A DNA stretch of 64,000 nucleotides from Lingula anatina (Eukaryota; Animalia; Brachiopoda). Of this stretch, positions 1-12,300 are shown one piece after another. The position numbers were made by a program, and so were the translations under genes. The notes beneath the pieces are model-generated. The model was not told where the DNA came from, searched no databases, and worked only from the letters and a program-made list of their open reading frames with translations. How positions within the stretch are numbered: position 1 is the first letter of the stretch; every line of letters starts with the position of its first letter. The stretch lies in contig CM120641.1 of NCBI GenBank assembly GCA_051362555.1, positions 23,814,401-23,878,400 on the forward strand. Direction: 5' to 3'.

Positions 1-136
1 TTACCCTCACTACAAATGACCAAACACACCTACCTGACACAATATTGAAGAAAAAAAATTTTCATCCCTACCTGGCCAAAATTGAAGAAAACTGCCATAT
101 CCGGACCTTACAAAAATCACTCAAAATCACCCAAAA

Positions 137-488
137 ATGACCCGTCACCAATTTTTCCAAAAAGTGATGAAAATCAATTTACCACACCTATCATTCATAA
201 AAAATGTGGAAACGAGCCCGGATCACTTCATTAAAGCCCCCAATTTCAGCTTTAAAGATTGCCAGAAAGCACACCTGAGAACAGGATTTGGAGAGGGGGG
301 GGGGTGGAGAGAGTTTTTGCTCTATTTCTTCCTTAATAAAGATACAACCACTCTTTCAGTACTTTACCCTCACTACAAATGACCAAACACACCTACCTGA
401 CACAATATTGAAGAAAAAAAATTTTCATCCCTACCTGGCCAAAATTGAAGAAAACTGCCTTACAAAAATCACTCAAAATCACCCAAAA
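137..488 (+). repeat. Short monomer variant with an 11-bp deletion (atatccggacc)
   Basis: 'aactgccttacaaaa' at ~453-467 replaces 'aactgccatatccggaccttacaaaa'. I counted 14 copies, near 458, 9855, 18888, 20690, 37342, 38780, 39492, 42742, 44178, 44891, 48137, 49572, 51010 and 58242. Confidence 0.93.
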
Positions 489-850
489 ATGACCCGTCAC
501 CAATTTTTCCAAAAAGTGATGAAAATCAATTTACCACACCTATCATTCATAAAAAATGTGGAAACGCACCCGGATCACTTCATTAAAGCCCCCAATTTCA
601 GCTTTAAAGATTGCCAGAAAGCACACCTGAGAACAGGATTTGGAGAGTGGGGGGGTGGAGAGAGTTTTTGCTCTATTTCTTCCTTACTAATGATACAACC
701 ACTCTTTCAGTACTTTACCCTCACTACAAATGACCAAACACACCTACCTGACACAATATTGAAGAAAAAAAATTTTCATCCCTACCTGGCCAAAATTGAA
801 GAAAACTGCCATATCCGGACCTTACGAAAATCACTCAAATTCACCCAAAA
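489..850 (+). repeat. Representative 362-bp monomer (subtype with acgcac, T-interrupted G-tract and ttactaatg)
   Basis: Runs from ATG at 489 to the next ATG at 851. It carries single DraI (tttaaa), ScaI (agtact), SspI (aatatt), MscI (tggcca) and BspEI (tccgga) sites. Confidence 0.95.
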
Positions 851-1536
851 ATGACCCGTCACCAATTTTTCCAAAAAGTGATGAAAATCAATTTACCACA
901 CCTATCATTCATAAAAAATGTGGAAACGCGCCCGGATCACTACATTAAAGCCCCCAATTTCAGCTTTAAAGATTGCAAGAAAGCACACCTGAGAACAGGA
1001 TTTGGAGAGGGGGGGGTGGAGAGAGTTTTTGCTCTATTTCTTCCTTAATAATGATACAACCACTCTTTCAGTACTTTACCCTCACTACAAATGACCAAAC
1101 ACACCTACCTGACACAATATTGAAGAAAAAAAATTTTCATCCCTACCTGGCCAAAATTGAAGAAAACTGCCATATCCGGACCTTACGAAAATCACTCAAA
1201 ATCAACCAAAAATGACCCGTCACCAATTTTTCCAAAAAGTGATGAAAATCAATTTACCACACCTATCATTCATAAAAAATGTGGAAACGTGCCCAGATAA
1301 CTTCATTAAAGCCCCCAATTTCAGCTTTAAAGATTGCCAGAAAGCACACCTGAGAACAGGATTTGGAGAGGGGGGGGGGTGGAGAAAGATTTTGCTCTAT
1401 TTCTTCCTTAATAATGATACAACCACTCTTTCAGTACCTTACCCTCACTACAAATGACCAAACACACCTACCTGACACAATATTGAGGAAAAAAATTTTT
1501 CATCCCTACCTGGCCAAAATTGAAGAAAACTGCCAA

Positions 1537-1553
1537 ACCCGGACCTTACGAAA
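1537..1553 (-). other. CENP-B-box-like 17-mer (TTTCGTAAGGTCCGGGT), representative copy
   Basis: Reverse complement of acccggaccttacgaaa. It matches 8 of 9 core bases of NTTCGNNNNANNCGGGN, with G at the central A. This is a sequence match only; function is unknown. Confidence 0.4.
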
Positions 1554-1574
1554 ATCACTCAAAATCACCCAAAA

Positions 1575-4500
1575 ATGACCCGTCACAAATTTTTCCAAAA
1601 AGTGATGAAAATCAATTTACCACACCTATCATTCATAAAAAATGTGGAAACGCACCCGGATCACTTCATTAAAGCCCCCAATTTCAGCTTTAAAGATTGC
1701 CAGAAAGCACACCTGAGAACAGGATTTGGAGAGTGGGGGGATGGAGAGAGTTTTTGCTCTATTTCTTCCTTACTAATGATACAACCACTCTTTCAGTACT
1801 TTACCCTCACTACAAATGACCAAACACACCTACCTGACACAATATTGAAGAAAAAAATTTTTCATCCCTACCTGGCCAAAATTGAAGAAAACTGCCATAT
1901 CCGGACCTTACGAAAATCACTCAAATTCACCCAAAAATGACCCGTCACCAATTTTTCCAAAAAGTGATGAAAATCAATTTACCACACCTATCATTCATAA
2001 AAAATGTGGAAACGCGCCCGGATCACTACATTAAAGCCCCCAATTTCAGCTTTAAAGATTGCAAGAAAGCACACCTGAGAACAGGATTTGGAGAGGGGGG
2101 GGTGGAGAGAGTTTTTGCTCTATTTCTTCCTTAATAATGATACAACCACTCTTTCAGTACTTTACCCTCACTACAAATGACCAAACACACCTACCTGACA
2201 CAATATTGAAGAAAAACATTTTTCATCCCTACCTGGCCAAAATTGAAGAAAACTGCCATATCCGGACCTTACGAAAATCACTCAAAATCACCCAAAAATG
2301 ACCCGTCACAAATTTTTCCAAAAAGTTATGAAAATCAATTTACCACACCTATCATTCATAAAAAATGTGGAAACGCGCCCGGATCACTTCATTAAAGCCC
2401 CCAATTTCAGCTTTAAAGATTGCCAGAAAGCACACCTGAGAACAGGATTTGGAGAGTGGGGGGGTGGAGAGAGTTTTTGCTCTATTTCTTCCTTACTAAT
2501 GATACAACCACTCTTTCAGTACTTTACCCTCACTACAAATGACCAAACACACCTACCTGACACAATATTGAAGAAAAACATTTTTCATCCCTACCTGGCC
2601 AAAATTGAAGAAAACTGCCATATCCGGACGTTACGAAAATCACTCAAAATCACCCAAAAATGACCCGTCACAAATTTTTCCAAAAAGTTATGAAAATCAA
2701 TTTACCACACCTATCATTCATAAAAAATGTGGAAACGCGCCCGGATCACTTCATTAAAGCCCCCAATTTCAGCTTTAAAGATTGCCAGAAAGCACACCTG
2801 AGAACAGGATTTGGAGAGGGGGGGGGTGGAGAGAGTTTTTGCTCTATTTCTTCCTTAATAAAGATACAACCACTCTTTCAGTACTTTACCCTCACTACAA
2901 ATGACCAAACACACCTACCTGACACAATATTGAAGAAAAAAAAATTTTCATCCCTACCTGGCCAAAATTGAAGAAAACTGCCATATCCGGACCTTACAAA
3001 AATCACTCAAAATCACCCAAAAATGACCCGTCACCAATTTTTCCAAAAAGTGATGAAAATCAATTTACCACACCTATCATTCATAAAAAATGTGGAAACG
3101 CACCCGGATCACTTCATTAAAGCCCCCAATTTCAGCTTTAAAGATTGCCAGAAAGCACACCTGAGAACAGGATTTGGAGAGTGGGGGGGTGGAGAGAGTT
3201 TTTGCTCTATTTCTTCCTTACTAATGATACAACCACTCTTTCAGTACTTTACCCTCACTACAAATGACCAAACACACCTACCTGACACAATATTGAAGAA
3301 AAAAAATTTTCATCCCTACCTGGCCAAAATTGAAGAAAACTGCCATATCCGGACCTTACGAAAATCACTCAAATTCACCCAAAAATGACCCGTCACCAAT
3401 TTTTCCAAAAAGTGATGAAAATCAATTTACCACACCTATCATTCATAAAAAATGTGGAAACGCGCCCGGATCACTACATTAAAGCCCCCAATTTCAGCTT
3501 TAAAGATTGCAAGAAAGCACACCTGAGAACAGGATTTGGAGAGGGGGGGTGGAGAGAGTTTTTGCTCTATTTCTTCCTTAATAATGATACAACCACTCTT
3601 TCAGTACTTTACCCTCACTACAAATGACCAAACACACCTACCTGACGCAATATTGAAGAAAAAAAATTTTCATCCCTACCTGGCCAAAATTAAAGAAAAC
3701 TGCCATATCCGGACCTTACGAAAATCACTCAAAATCACCCAAAAATGACCCGTCACCAATTTTTCCAAAAAGTGATGAAAATCAATTTACCACACCTATC
3801 ATTCATAAAAAATGTGGAAACGTGCCCAGATAACTTCATTAAAGCCCCCAATTTCAGCTTTAAAGATTGCCAGAAAGCACACCTGAGAACAGGATTTGGA
3901 GAGGGGGGGGGTGGAGAAAGATTTTGCTCTATTTCTTCCTTAATAATGATACAACCACTCTTTCAGTACCTTACCCTCACTACAAATGACCAAACACACC
4001 TACCTGACACAATATTGAAGAAAAAAAATTTTCATCCCTACCTGGCCAAAATTGAAGAAAACTGCCAAACCCGGACCTTACGAAAATCACTCAAAATCAC
4101 CCAAAAATGACCCGTCACAAATTTTTCCAAAAAGTGATGAAAATCAATTTACCACACCTATCATTCATAAAAAATGTGGAAACGCACCCGGATCACTTCA
4201 TTAAAGCCCCCAATTTCAGCTTTAAAGATTGCCAGAAAGCACACCTGAGAACAGGATTTGGAGAGTGGGGGGATGGAGAGAGTTTTTGCTCTATTTCTTC
4301 CTTACTAATGATACAACCACTCTTTCAGTACTTTACCCTCACTACAAATGACCAAACACACCTACCTGACACAATATTGAAGAAAAAAATTTTTCATCCC
4401 TACCTGGCCAAAATTGAAGAAAACTGCCATATCCGGACCTTACGAAAATCACTCAAATTCACCCAAAAATGACCCGTCACCAATTTTTCCAAAAAGTGAT

Positions 4501-6639
4501 GAAAATCAATTTACCACACCTATCATTCATAAAAAATGTGGAAACGCGCCCGGATCACTACATTAAAGCCCCCAATTTCAGCTTTAAAGATTGCAAGAAA
4601 GCACACCTGAGAACAGGATTTGGAGAGGGGGGGGTGGAGAGAGTTTTTGCTCTATTTCTTCCTTAATAATGATACAACCACTCTTTCAGTACTTTACCCT
4701 CACTACAAATGACCAAACACACCTACCTGACACAATATTGAAGAAAAACATTTTTCATCCCTACCTGGCCAAAATTGAAGAAAACTGCCATATCCGGACC
4801 TTACGAAAATCACTCAAAATCACCCAAAAATGACCCGTCACAAATTTTTCCAAAAAGTTATGAAAATCAATTTACCACACCTATCATTCATAAAAAATGT
4901 GGAAACGCGCCCGGATCACTTCATTAAAGCCCCCAATTTCAGCTTTAAAGATTGCCAGAAAGCACACCTGAGAACAGGATTTGGAGAGTGGGGGGGTGGA
5001 GAGAGTTTTTGCTCTATTTCTTCCTTACTAATGATACAACCACTCTTTCAGTACTTTACCCTCACTACAAATGACCAAACACACCTACCTGACACAATAT
5101 TGAAGAAAAACATTTTTCATCCCTACCTGGCCAAAATTGAAGAAAACTGCCATATCCGGACGTTACGAAAATCACTCAAAATCACCCAAAAATGACCCGT
5201 CACAAATTTTTCCAAAAAGTTATGAAAATCAATTTACCACACCTATCATTCATAAAAAATGTGGAAACGCGCCCGGATCACTTCATTAAAGCCCCCAATT
5301 TCAGCTTTAAAGATTGCCAGAAAGCACACCTGAGAACAGGATTTGGAGAGGGGGGGGGTGGAGAGAGTTTTTGCTCTATTTCTTCCTTAATAAAGATACA
5401 ACCACTCTTTCAGTACTTTACCCTCACTACAAATGACCAAACACACCTACCTGACACAATATTGAAGAAAAAAAAATTTTCATCCCTACCTGGCCAAAAT
5501 TGAAGAAAACTGCCATATCCGGACCTTACAAAAATCACTCAAAATCACCCAAAAATGACCCGTCACCAATTTTTCCAAAAAGTGATGAAAATCAATTTAC
5601 CACACCTATCATTCATAAAAAATGTGGAAACGCACCCGGATCACTTCATTAAAGCCCCCAATTTCAGCTTTAAAGATTGCCAGAAAGCACACCTGAGAAC
5701 AGGATTTGGAGAGTGGGGGGGTGGAGAGAGTTTTTGCTCTATTTCTTCCTTACTAATGATACAACCACTCTTTCAGTACTTTACCCTCACTACAAATGAC
5801 CAAACACACCTACCTGACACAATATTGAAGAAAAAAAATTTTCATCCCTACCTGGCCAAAATTGAAGAAAACTGCCATATCCGGACCTTACGAAAATCAC
5901 TCAAATTCACCCAAAAATGACCCGTCACCAATTTTTCCAAAAAGTGATGAAAATCAATTTACCACACCTATCATTCATAAAAAATGTGGAAACGCGCCCG
6001 GATCACTACATTAAAGCCCCCAATTTCAGCTTTAAAGATTGCAAGAAAGCACACCTGAGAACAGGATTTGGAGAGGGGGGGTGGAGAGAGTTTTTGCTCT
6101 ATTTCTTCCTTAATAATGATACAACCACTCTTTCAGTACTTTACCCTCACTACAAATGACCAAACACACCTACCTGACGCAATATTGAAGAAAAAAAATT
6201 TTCATCCCTACCTGGCCAAAATTAAAGAAAACTGCCATATCCGGACCTTACGAAAATCACTCAAAATCACCCAAAAATGACCCGTCACCAATTTTTCCAA
6301 AAAGTGATGAAAATCAATTTACCACACCTATCATTCATAAAAAATGTGGAAACGTGCCCAGATAACTTCATTAAAGCCCCCAATTTCAGCTTTAAAGATT
6401 GCCAGAAAGCACACCTGAGAACAGGATTTGGAGAGGGGGGGGGGTGGAGAAAGATTTTGCTCTATTTCTTCCTTAATAATGATACAACCACTCTTTCAGT
6501 ACCTTACCCTCACTACAAATGACCAAACACACCTACCTGACACAATATTGAAGAAAAAAAATTTTCATCCCTACCTGGCCAAAATTGAAGAAAACTGCCA
6601 AACCCGGACCTTACGAAAATCACTCAAAATCACCCAAAA
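1575..6639 (+). repeat. 7-monomer higher-order repeat, 2 tandem copies (period 2532 bp)
   Basis: Monomer starts 1575/1937/2298/2660/3023/3385/3745 match 4107/4469/4830/5192/5555/5917/6277. Shared markers include ggggat, gacgcaa with attaaagaaaac, and the longer A-tract. Confidence 0.9.
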
Positions 6640-9396
6640 ATGACCCGTCACAAATTTTTCCAAAAAGTTATGAAAATCAATTAACCACACCTATCATTCA
6701 TAAAAAATGTGGAAAAGCGCCCGGATCACTACATTAAAGCCCCCAATTTCAGCTTTAAAGATTGCAAGAAAGCACACCTGAGAACAGGATTTGGAGAGGG
6801 GGGGGTGGAGAGAGTTTTTGCTCTATTTCTTCCTTAATAATGATACAACCACTCTTTCAGTACTTTACCCTCAGTACAAATGACCAAACACACCTACCTG
6901 ACACAATATTGAAGAAAAAAAATTTTCATCCCTACCTGGCCAAAATTGAAGAAAACTGCCATATCCGGACCTTACGAAAATCACTCAAAATCACCCAAAA
7001 ATGACCCGTCACAAATATTTCCAAAAAGTGATGAAAATCAATTTACCACAACTATCATTCATAAAAAATGTGGAAACGCGCCCGGATCACTTCATTAAAG
7101 CCCCCAATTTCAGCTTTAAAGATTGCCAGAAAGCACACCTGAGAACAGGATTTGGAGAGTGGGGGGGTGGAGAGAGTTTTTGCTCTATTTCTTCCTTACT
7201 AATGATACAACCACTCTTTCAGTACTTTACCCTCACTACAAATGACCAAACACACCTACCTGACACAATATTGAAGAAAAAAAATTTTCATCCCTACCTG
7301 GCCAAAATTGAAGAAAACTGCCATATCCGGACGTTACGAAAATCACTCAAAATCACCCAAAAATGACCCGTCACCAATTTTTCCAAAAAGTGATGAAAAT
7401 CAATTTACCACACCTATCATTCATAAAAAATGTGGAAACGCGCCCGGATCACTACATTAAAGCCCCCAATTTCAACTTTAAAGATGGCAAGAAAGCACAC
7501 CTGAGAACAGGATTTGGAGAGGGGGGGTGGAGAGAGTTTTTGCTCTATTTCTTCCTTAATAATGATACAACCACTCTTTCAGTACTTTACCCTCACTACA
7601 AATGACCAAACACACCTACCTGACACAATATTGAAGAAAAAAAATTTTCATCCCTACCTGGCCAAAATTGAAGAAAACTGCCATATCCGGACCTTACGAA
7701 AATCACTCAAAATCACCCAAAAATGACCCGTCACCAATTTTTCCAAAAAGTGATGAAAATCAATTTACCACACCTATCATTCATAAAAAATGTGGAAACG
7801 TGCCCAGATAACTTCATTAAAGCCCCCAATTTCAGCTTTAAAGATTGCCAGAAAGCACACCTGAGAACAGGATTTGGAGAGTGGGGGGGTGGAGAGAGTT
7901 TTTGCTCTATTTCTTCCTTACTAATGATACAACCACTCTTTCAGTACTTTACCCTCACTACAAATGACCAAACACACCTACCTGACACAATATTGAAGAA
8001 AAACATTTTTCATCCCTACCTGGCCAAAATTGAAGAAAACTGCCATATCCGGACCTTACGAAAATCACTCAAAATCACCCAAAAATGACCCGTCACAAAT
8101 TTTTCCAAAAAGTTATGAAAATCAATTTACCACACCTATCATTCATAAAAAATGTGGAAACGTGCCCGGATCACTTCATTAAAGCCCCCAATTTCAGCTT
8201 TAAAGATTGCCAGAAAGCACACCTGAGAACAGGATTAGGAGAGGGGGGGGGTGGAGAGAGTTTTTGCTCTATTTCTTCCTTAATAAAGATACAACCACTA
8301 TTTCAGTACTTTACCCTCACTACAAATGACCAAACACACCTACCTGACACAATATTGAAGAAAAAAAATTTTCATCCCTACCTGGCCAAAATTGAAGAAA
8401 ACTGCCATATCCGGACCTTACAAAAATCACTCAAAATCACCCAAAAATGACCCATCACCAATTTTTCCAAAAAGTGATGAAAATCAATTTACCACACCTA
8501 TCATTCATAAAAAATGTGGAAACGCACCCGGATCACTTCATTAAAGCCCCCAATTTCAGCTTTAAAGATTGCCAGAAAGCACACCTGAGAACAGGATTTG
8601 GAGAGTGGGGGGGTGGAGAGAGTTTTTGCTCTATTTCTTCCTTACTAATGATACAACCACTCTTTCAGTACTTTACCCTCACTACAAATAACCAAACACA
8701 CCTACCTGACACAATATTGAAGAAAAACATTTTTCATCCCTACCTGGCCAAAATTGAAGAAAACTGCCATATCCGGACCTTACGAAAATCACTCAAATTC
8801 AACCAAAAATGACCCGTCACCAATTTTTCCAAAAAGTGATGAAAATCAATTTACCACACCTATCATTCATAAAAAATGTGGAAACGCGCCCGGATCACTA
8901 CATTAAAGCCCCCAATTTCAGCTTTAAAGATTGCAAAAAAGCACACCTGAGAACAGGATTTGGAGAGGGGGGGGGTGGAGAGAGTTTTTGCTCTATTTCT
9001 TCCTTAATAATGATACAACCACTCTTTCAGTACTTTACCCTCACTACAAATGACCAAACACACCTACCTGACACAATATTGAAGAAAAAAAATTTTCATC
9101 CCTACCTGGCCAAAATTGAAGAAAACTGCCATATCCGGACCTTACGAAAATCACTCAAAATCAACCAAAAATGACCCGTCACCAATTTTTCCAAAAAGTG
9201 ATGAAAATCAATTTACCACACCTATCATTCATAAAAAATGTGGAAACGTGCCCAGATAACTTCATTAAAGCCCCCAATTTCAGCTTTAAAGATTGCAAGA
9301 AAGCACACCTGAGAACAGGATTTGGAGAGGGGGGGGGTGGAGAGAGTTTTTGCTCTATTTCTTCCTTAATAATGATACAACCACTCTTTCAGTACT

Positions 9397-12300
9397 TTAC
9401 CCTCACTACAAATGACCAAACACACCTACCTGACACAATATTGAAGAAAAAAAATTTTCATCCCTACCTGGCCAAAATTGAAGAAAACTGCCATATCCGG
9501 ACCTTACAAAAATCACTCAAAATCACCCAAAAATGACCCGTCACCAATTTTTCCAAAAAGTGATGAAAATCAATTTACCACACCTATCATTCATAAAAAA
9601 TGTGGAAACGAGCCCGGATCACTTCATTAAAGCCCCCAATTTCAGCTTTAAAGATTGCCAGAAAGCACACCTGAGAACAGGATTTGGAGAGGGGGGGGGG
9701 TGGAGAGAGTTTTTGCTCTATTTCTTCCTTAATAAAGATACAACCACTCTTTCAGTACTTTACCCTCACTACAAATGACCAAACACACCTACCTGACACA
9801 ATATTGAAGAAAAAAAATTTTCATCCCTACCTGGCCAAAATTGAAGAAAACTGCCTTACAAAAATCACTCAAAATCACCCAAAAATGACCCGTCACCAAT
9901 TTTTCCAAAAAGTGATGAAAATCAATTTACCACACCTATCATTCATAAAAAATGTGGAAACGCACCCGGATCACTTCATTAAAGCCCCCAATTTCAGCTT
10001 TAAAGATTGCCAGAAAGCACACCTGAGAACAGGATTTGGAGAGTGGGGGGGTGGAGAGAGTTTTTGCTCTATTTCTTCCTTACTAATGATACAACCACTC
10101 TTTCAGTACTTTACCCTCACTACAAATGACCAAACACACCTACCTGACACAATATTGAAGAAAAAAAATTTTCATCCCTACCTGGCCAAAATTGAAGAAA
10201 ACTGCCATATCCGGACCTTACGAAAATCACTCAAATTCACCCAAAAATGACCCGTCACCAATTTTTCCAAAAAGTGATGAAAATCAATTTACCACACCTA
10301 TCATTCATAAAAAATGTGGAAACGCGCCCGGATCACTACATTAAAGCCCCCAATTTCAGCTTTAAAGATTGCAAGAAAGCACACCTGAGAACAGGATTTG
10401 GAGAGGGGGGGGTGGAGAGAGTTTTTGCTCTATTTTTTCCTTAATAATGATACAACCACTCTTTCAGTACTTTACCCTCACTACAAATGACCAAACACAC
10501 CTACCTGACACAATATTGAAGAAAAAAAATTTTCATCCCTACCTGGCCAAAATTGAAGAAAACTGCCATATCCGGACCTTACGAAAATCACTCAAAATCA
10601 ACCAAAAATGACCCGTCACCAATTTTTCCAAAAAGTGATGAAAATCAATTTACCACACCTATCATTCATAAAAAATGTGGAAACGTGCCCAGATAACTTC
10701 ATTAAAGCCCCCAATTTCAGCTTTAAAGATTGCCAGAAAGCACACCTGAGAACAGGATTTGGAGAGGGGGGGGGGTGGAGAAAGATTTTGCTCTATTTCT
10801 TCCTTAATAATGATACAACCACTCTTTCAGTACCTTACCCTCACTACAAATGACCAAACACACCTACCTGACACAATATTGAGGAAAAAAATTTTTCATC
10901 CCTACCTGGCCAAAATTGAAGAAAACTGCCAAACCCGGACCTTACGAAAATCACTCAAAATCACCCAAAAATGACCCGTCACAAATTTTTCCAAAAAGTG
11001 ATGAAAATCAATTTACCACACCTATCATTCATAAAAAATGTGGAAACGCACCCGGATCACTTCATTAAAGCCCCCAATTTCAGCTTTAAAGATTGCCAGA
11101 AAGCACACCTGAGAACAGGATTTGGAGAGTGGGGGGATGGAGAGAGTTTTTGCTCTATTTCTTCCTTACTAATGATACAACCACTCTTTCAGTACTTTAC
11201 CCTCACTACAAATGACCAAACACACCTACCTGACACAATATTGAAGAAAAAAATTTTTCATCCCTACCTGGCCAAAATTGAAGAAAACTGCCATATCCGG
11301 ACCTTACGAAAATCACTCAAATTCACCCAAAAATGACCCGTCACCAATTTTTCCAAAAAGTGATGAAAATCAATTTACCACACCTATCATTCATAAAAAA
11401 TGTGGAAACGCGCCCGGATCACTACATTAAAGCCCCCAATTTCAGCTTTAAAGATTGCAAGAAAGCACACCTGAGAACAGGATTTGGAGAGGGGGGGGTG
11501 GAGAGAGTTTTTGCTCTATTTCTTCCTTAATAATGATACAACCACTCTTTCAGTACTTTACCCTCACTACAAATGACCAAACACACCTACCTGACACAAT
11601 ATTGAAGAAAAACATTTTTCATCCCTACCTGGCCAAAATTGAAGAAAACTGCCATATCCGGACCTTACGAAAATCACTCAAAATCACCCAAAAATGACCC
11701 GTCACAAATTTTTCCAAAAAGTTATGAAAATCAATTTACCACACCTATCATTCATAAAAAATGTGGAAACGCGCCCGGATCACTTCATTAAAGCCCCCAA
11801 TTTCAGCTTTAAAGATTGCCAGAAAGCACACCTGAGAACAGGATTTGGAGAGTGGGGGGGTGGAGAGAGTTTTTGCTCTATTTCTTCCTTACTAATGATA
11901 CAACCACTCTTTCAGTACTTTACCCTCACTACAAATGACCAAACACACCTACCTGACACAATATTGAAGAAAAACATTTTTCATCCCTACCTGGCCAAAA
12001 TTGAAGAAAACTGCCATATCCGGACGTTACGAAAATCACTCAAAATCACCCAAAAATGACCCGTCACAAATTTTTCCAAAAAGTTATGAAAATCAATTTA
12101 CCACACCTATCATTCATAAAAAATGTGGAAACGCGCCCGGATCACTTCATTAAAGCCCCCAATTTCAGCTTTAAAGATTGCCAGAAAGCACACCTGAGAA
12201 CAGGATTTGGAGAGGGGGGGGGTGGAGAGAGTTTTTGCTCTATTTCTTCCTTAATAAAGATACAACCACTCTTTCAGTACTTTACCCTCACTACAAATGA

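Noticed and set aside
489-850. 5S rDNA, tRNA, snRNA or spliced-leader tandem gene unit
   Set aside because: The unit length is compatible, but I found no 5S, tRNA or Sm-site sequence and no GC-rich foldable core on either strand by eye. An Rfam cmscan would settle it.
489-850. Identity with known ~360-bp satellites (Drosophila 359-bp 1.688, Tribolium TCAST1, cucurbit 350-360-bp repeats)
   Set aside because: Only the length is similar. It does not match my recollection of the Drosophila 359-bp sequence, and I cannot support the others without BLAST.
489-850. Monomer as a dimer of ~181-bp subunits
   Set aside because: The two halves show no visible alignment, and the G-island occurs only once per 362 bp.
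489-850. Tandem MITE or Helitron-derived element
   Set aside because: No terminal inverted repeats, target-site duplications or 3' hairpin-CTRR end are evident. A distant TE origin cannot be excluded.
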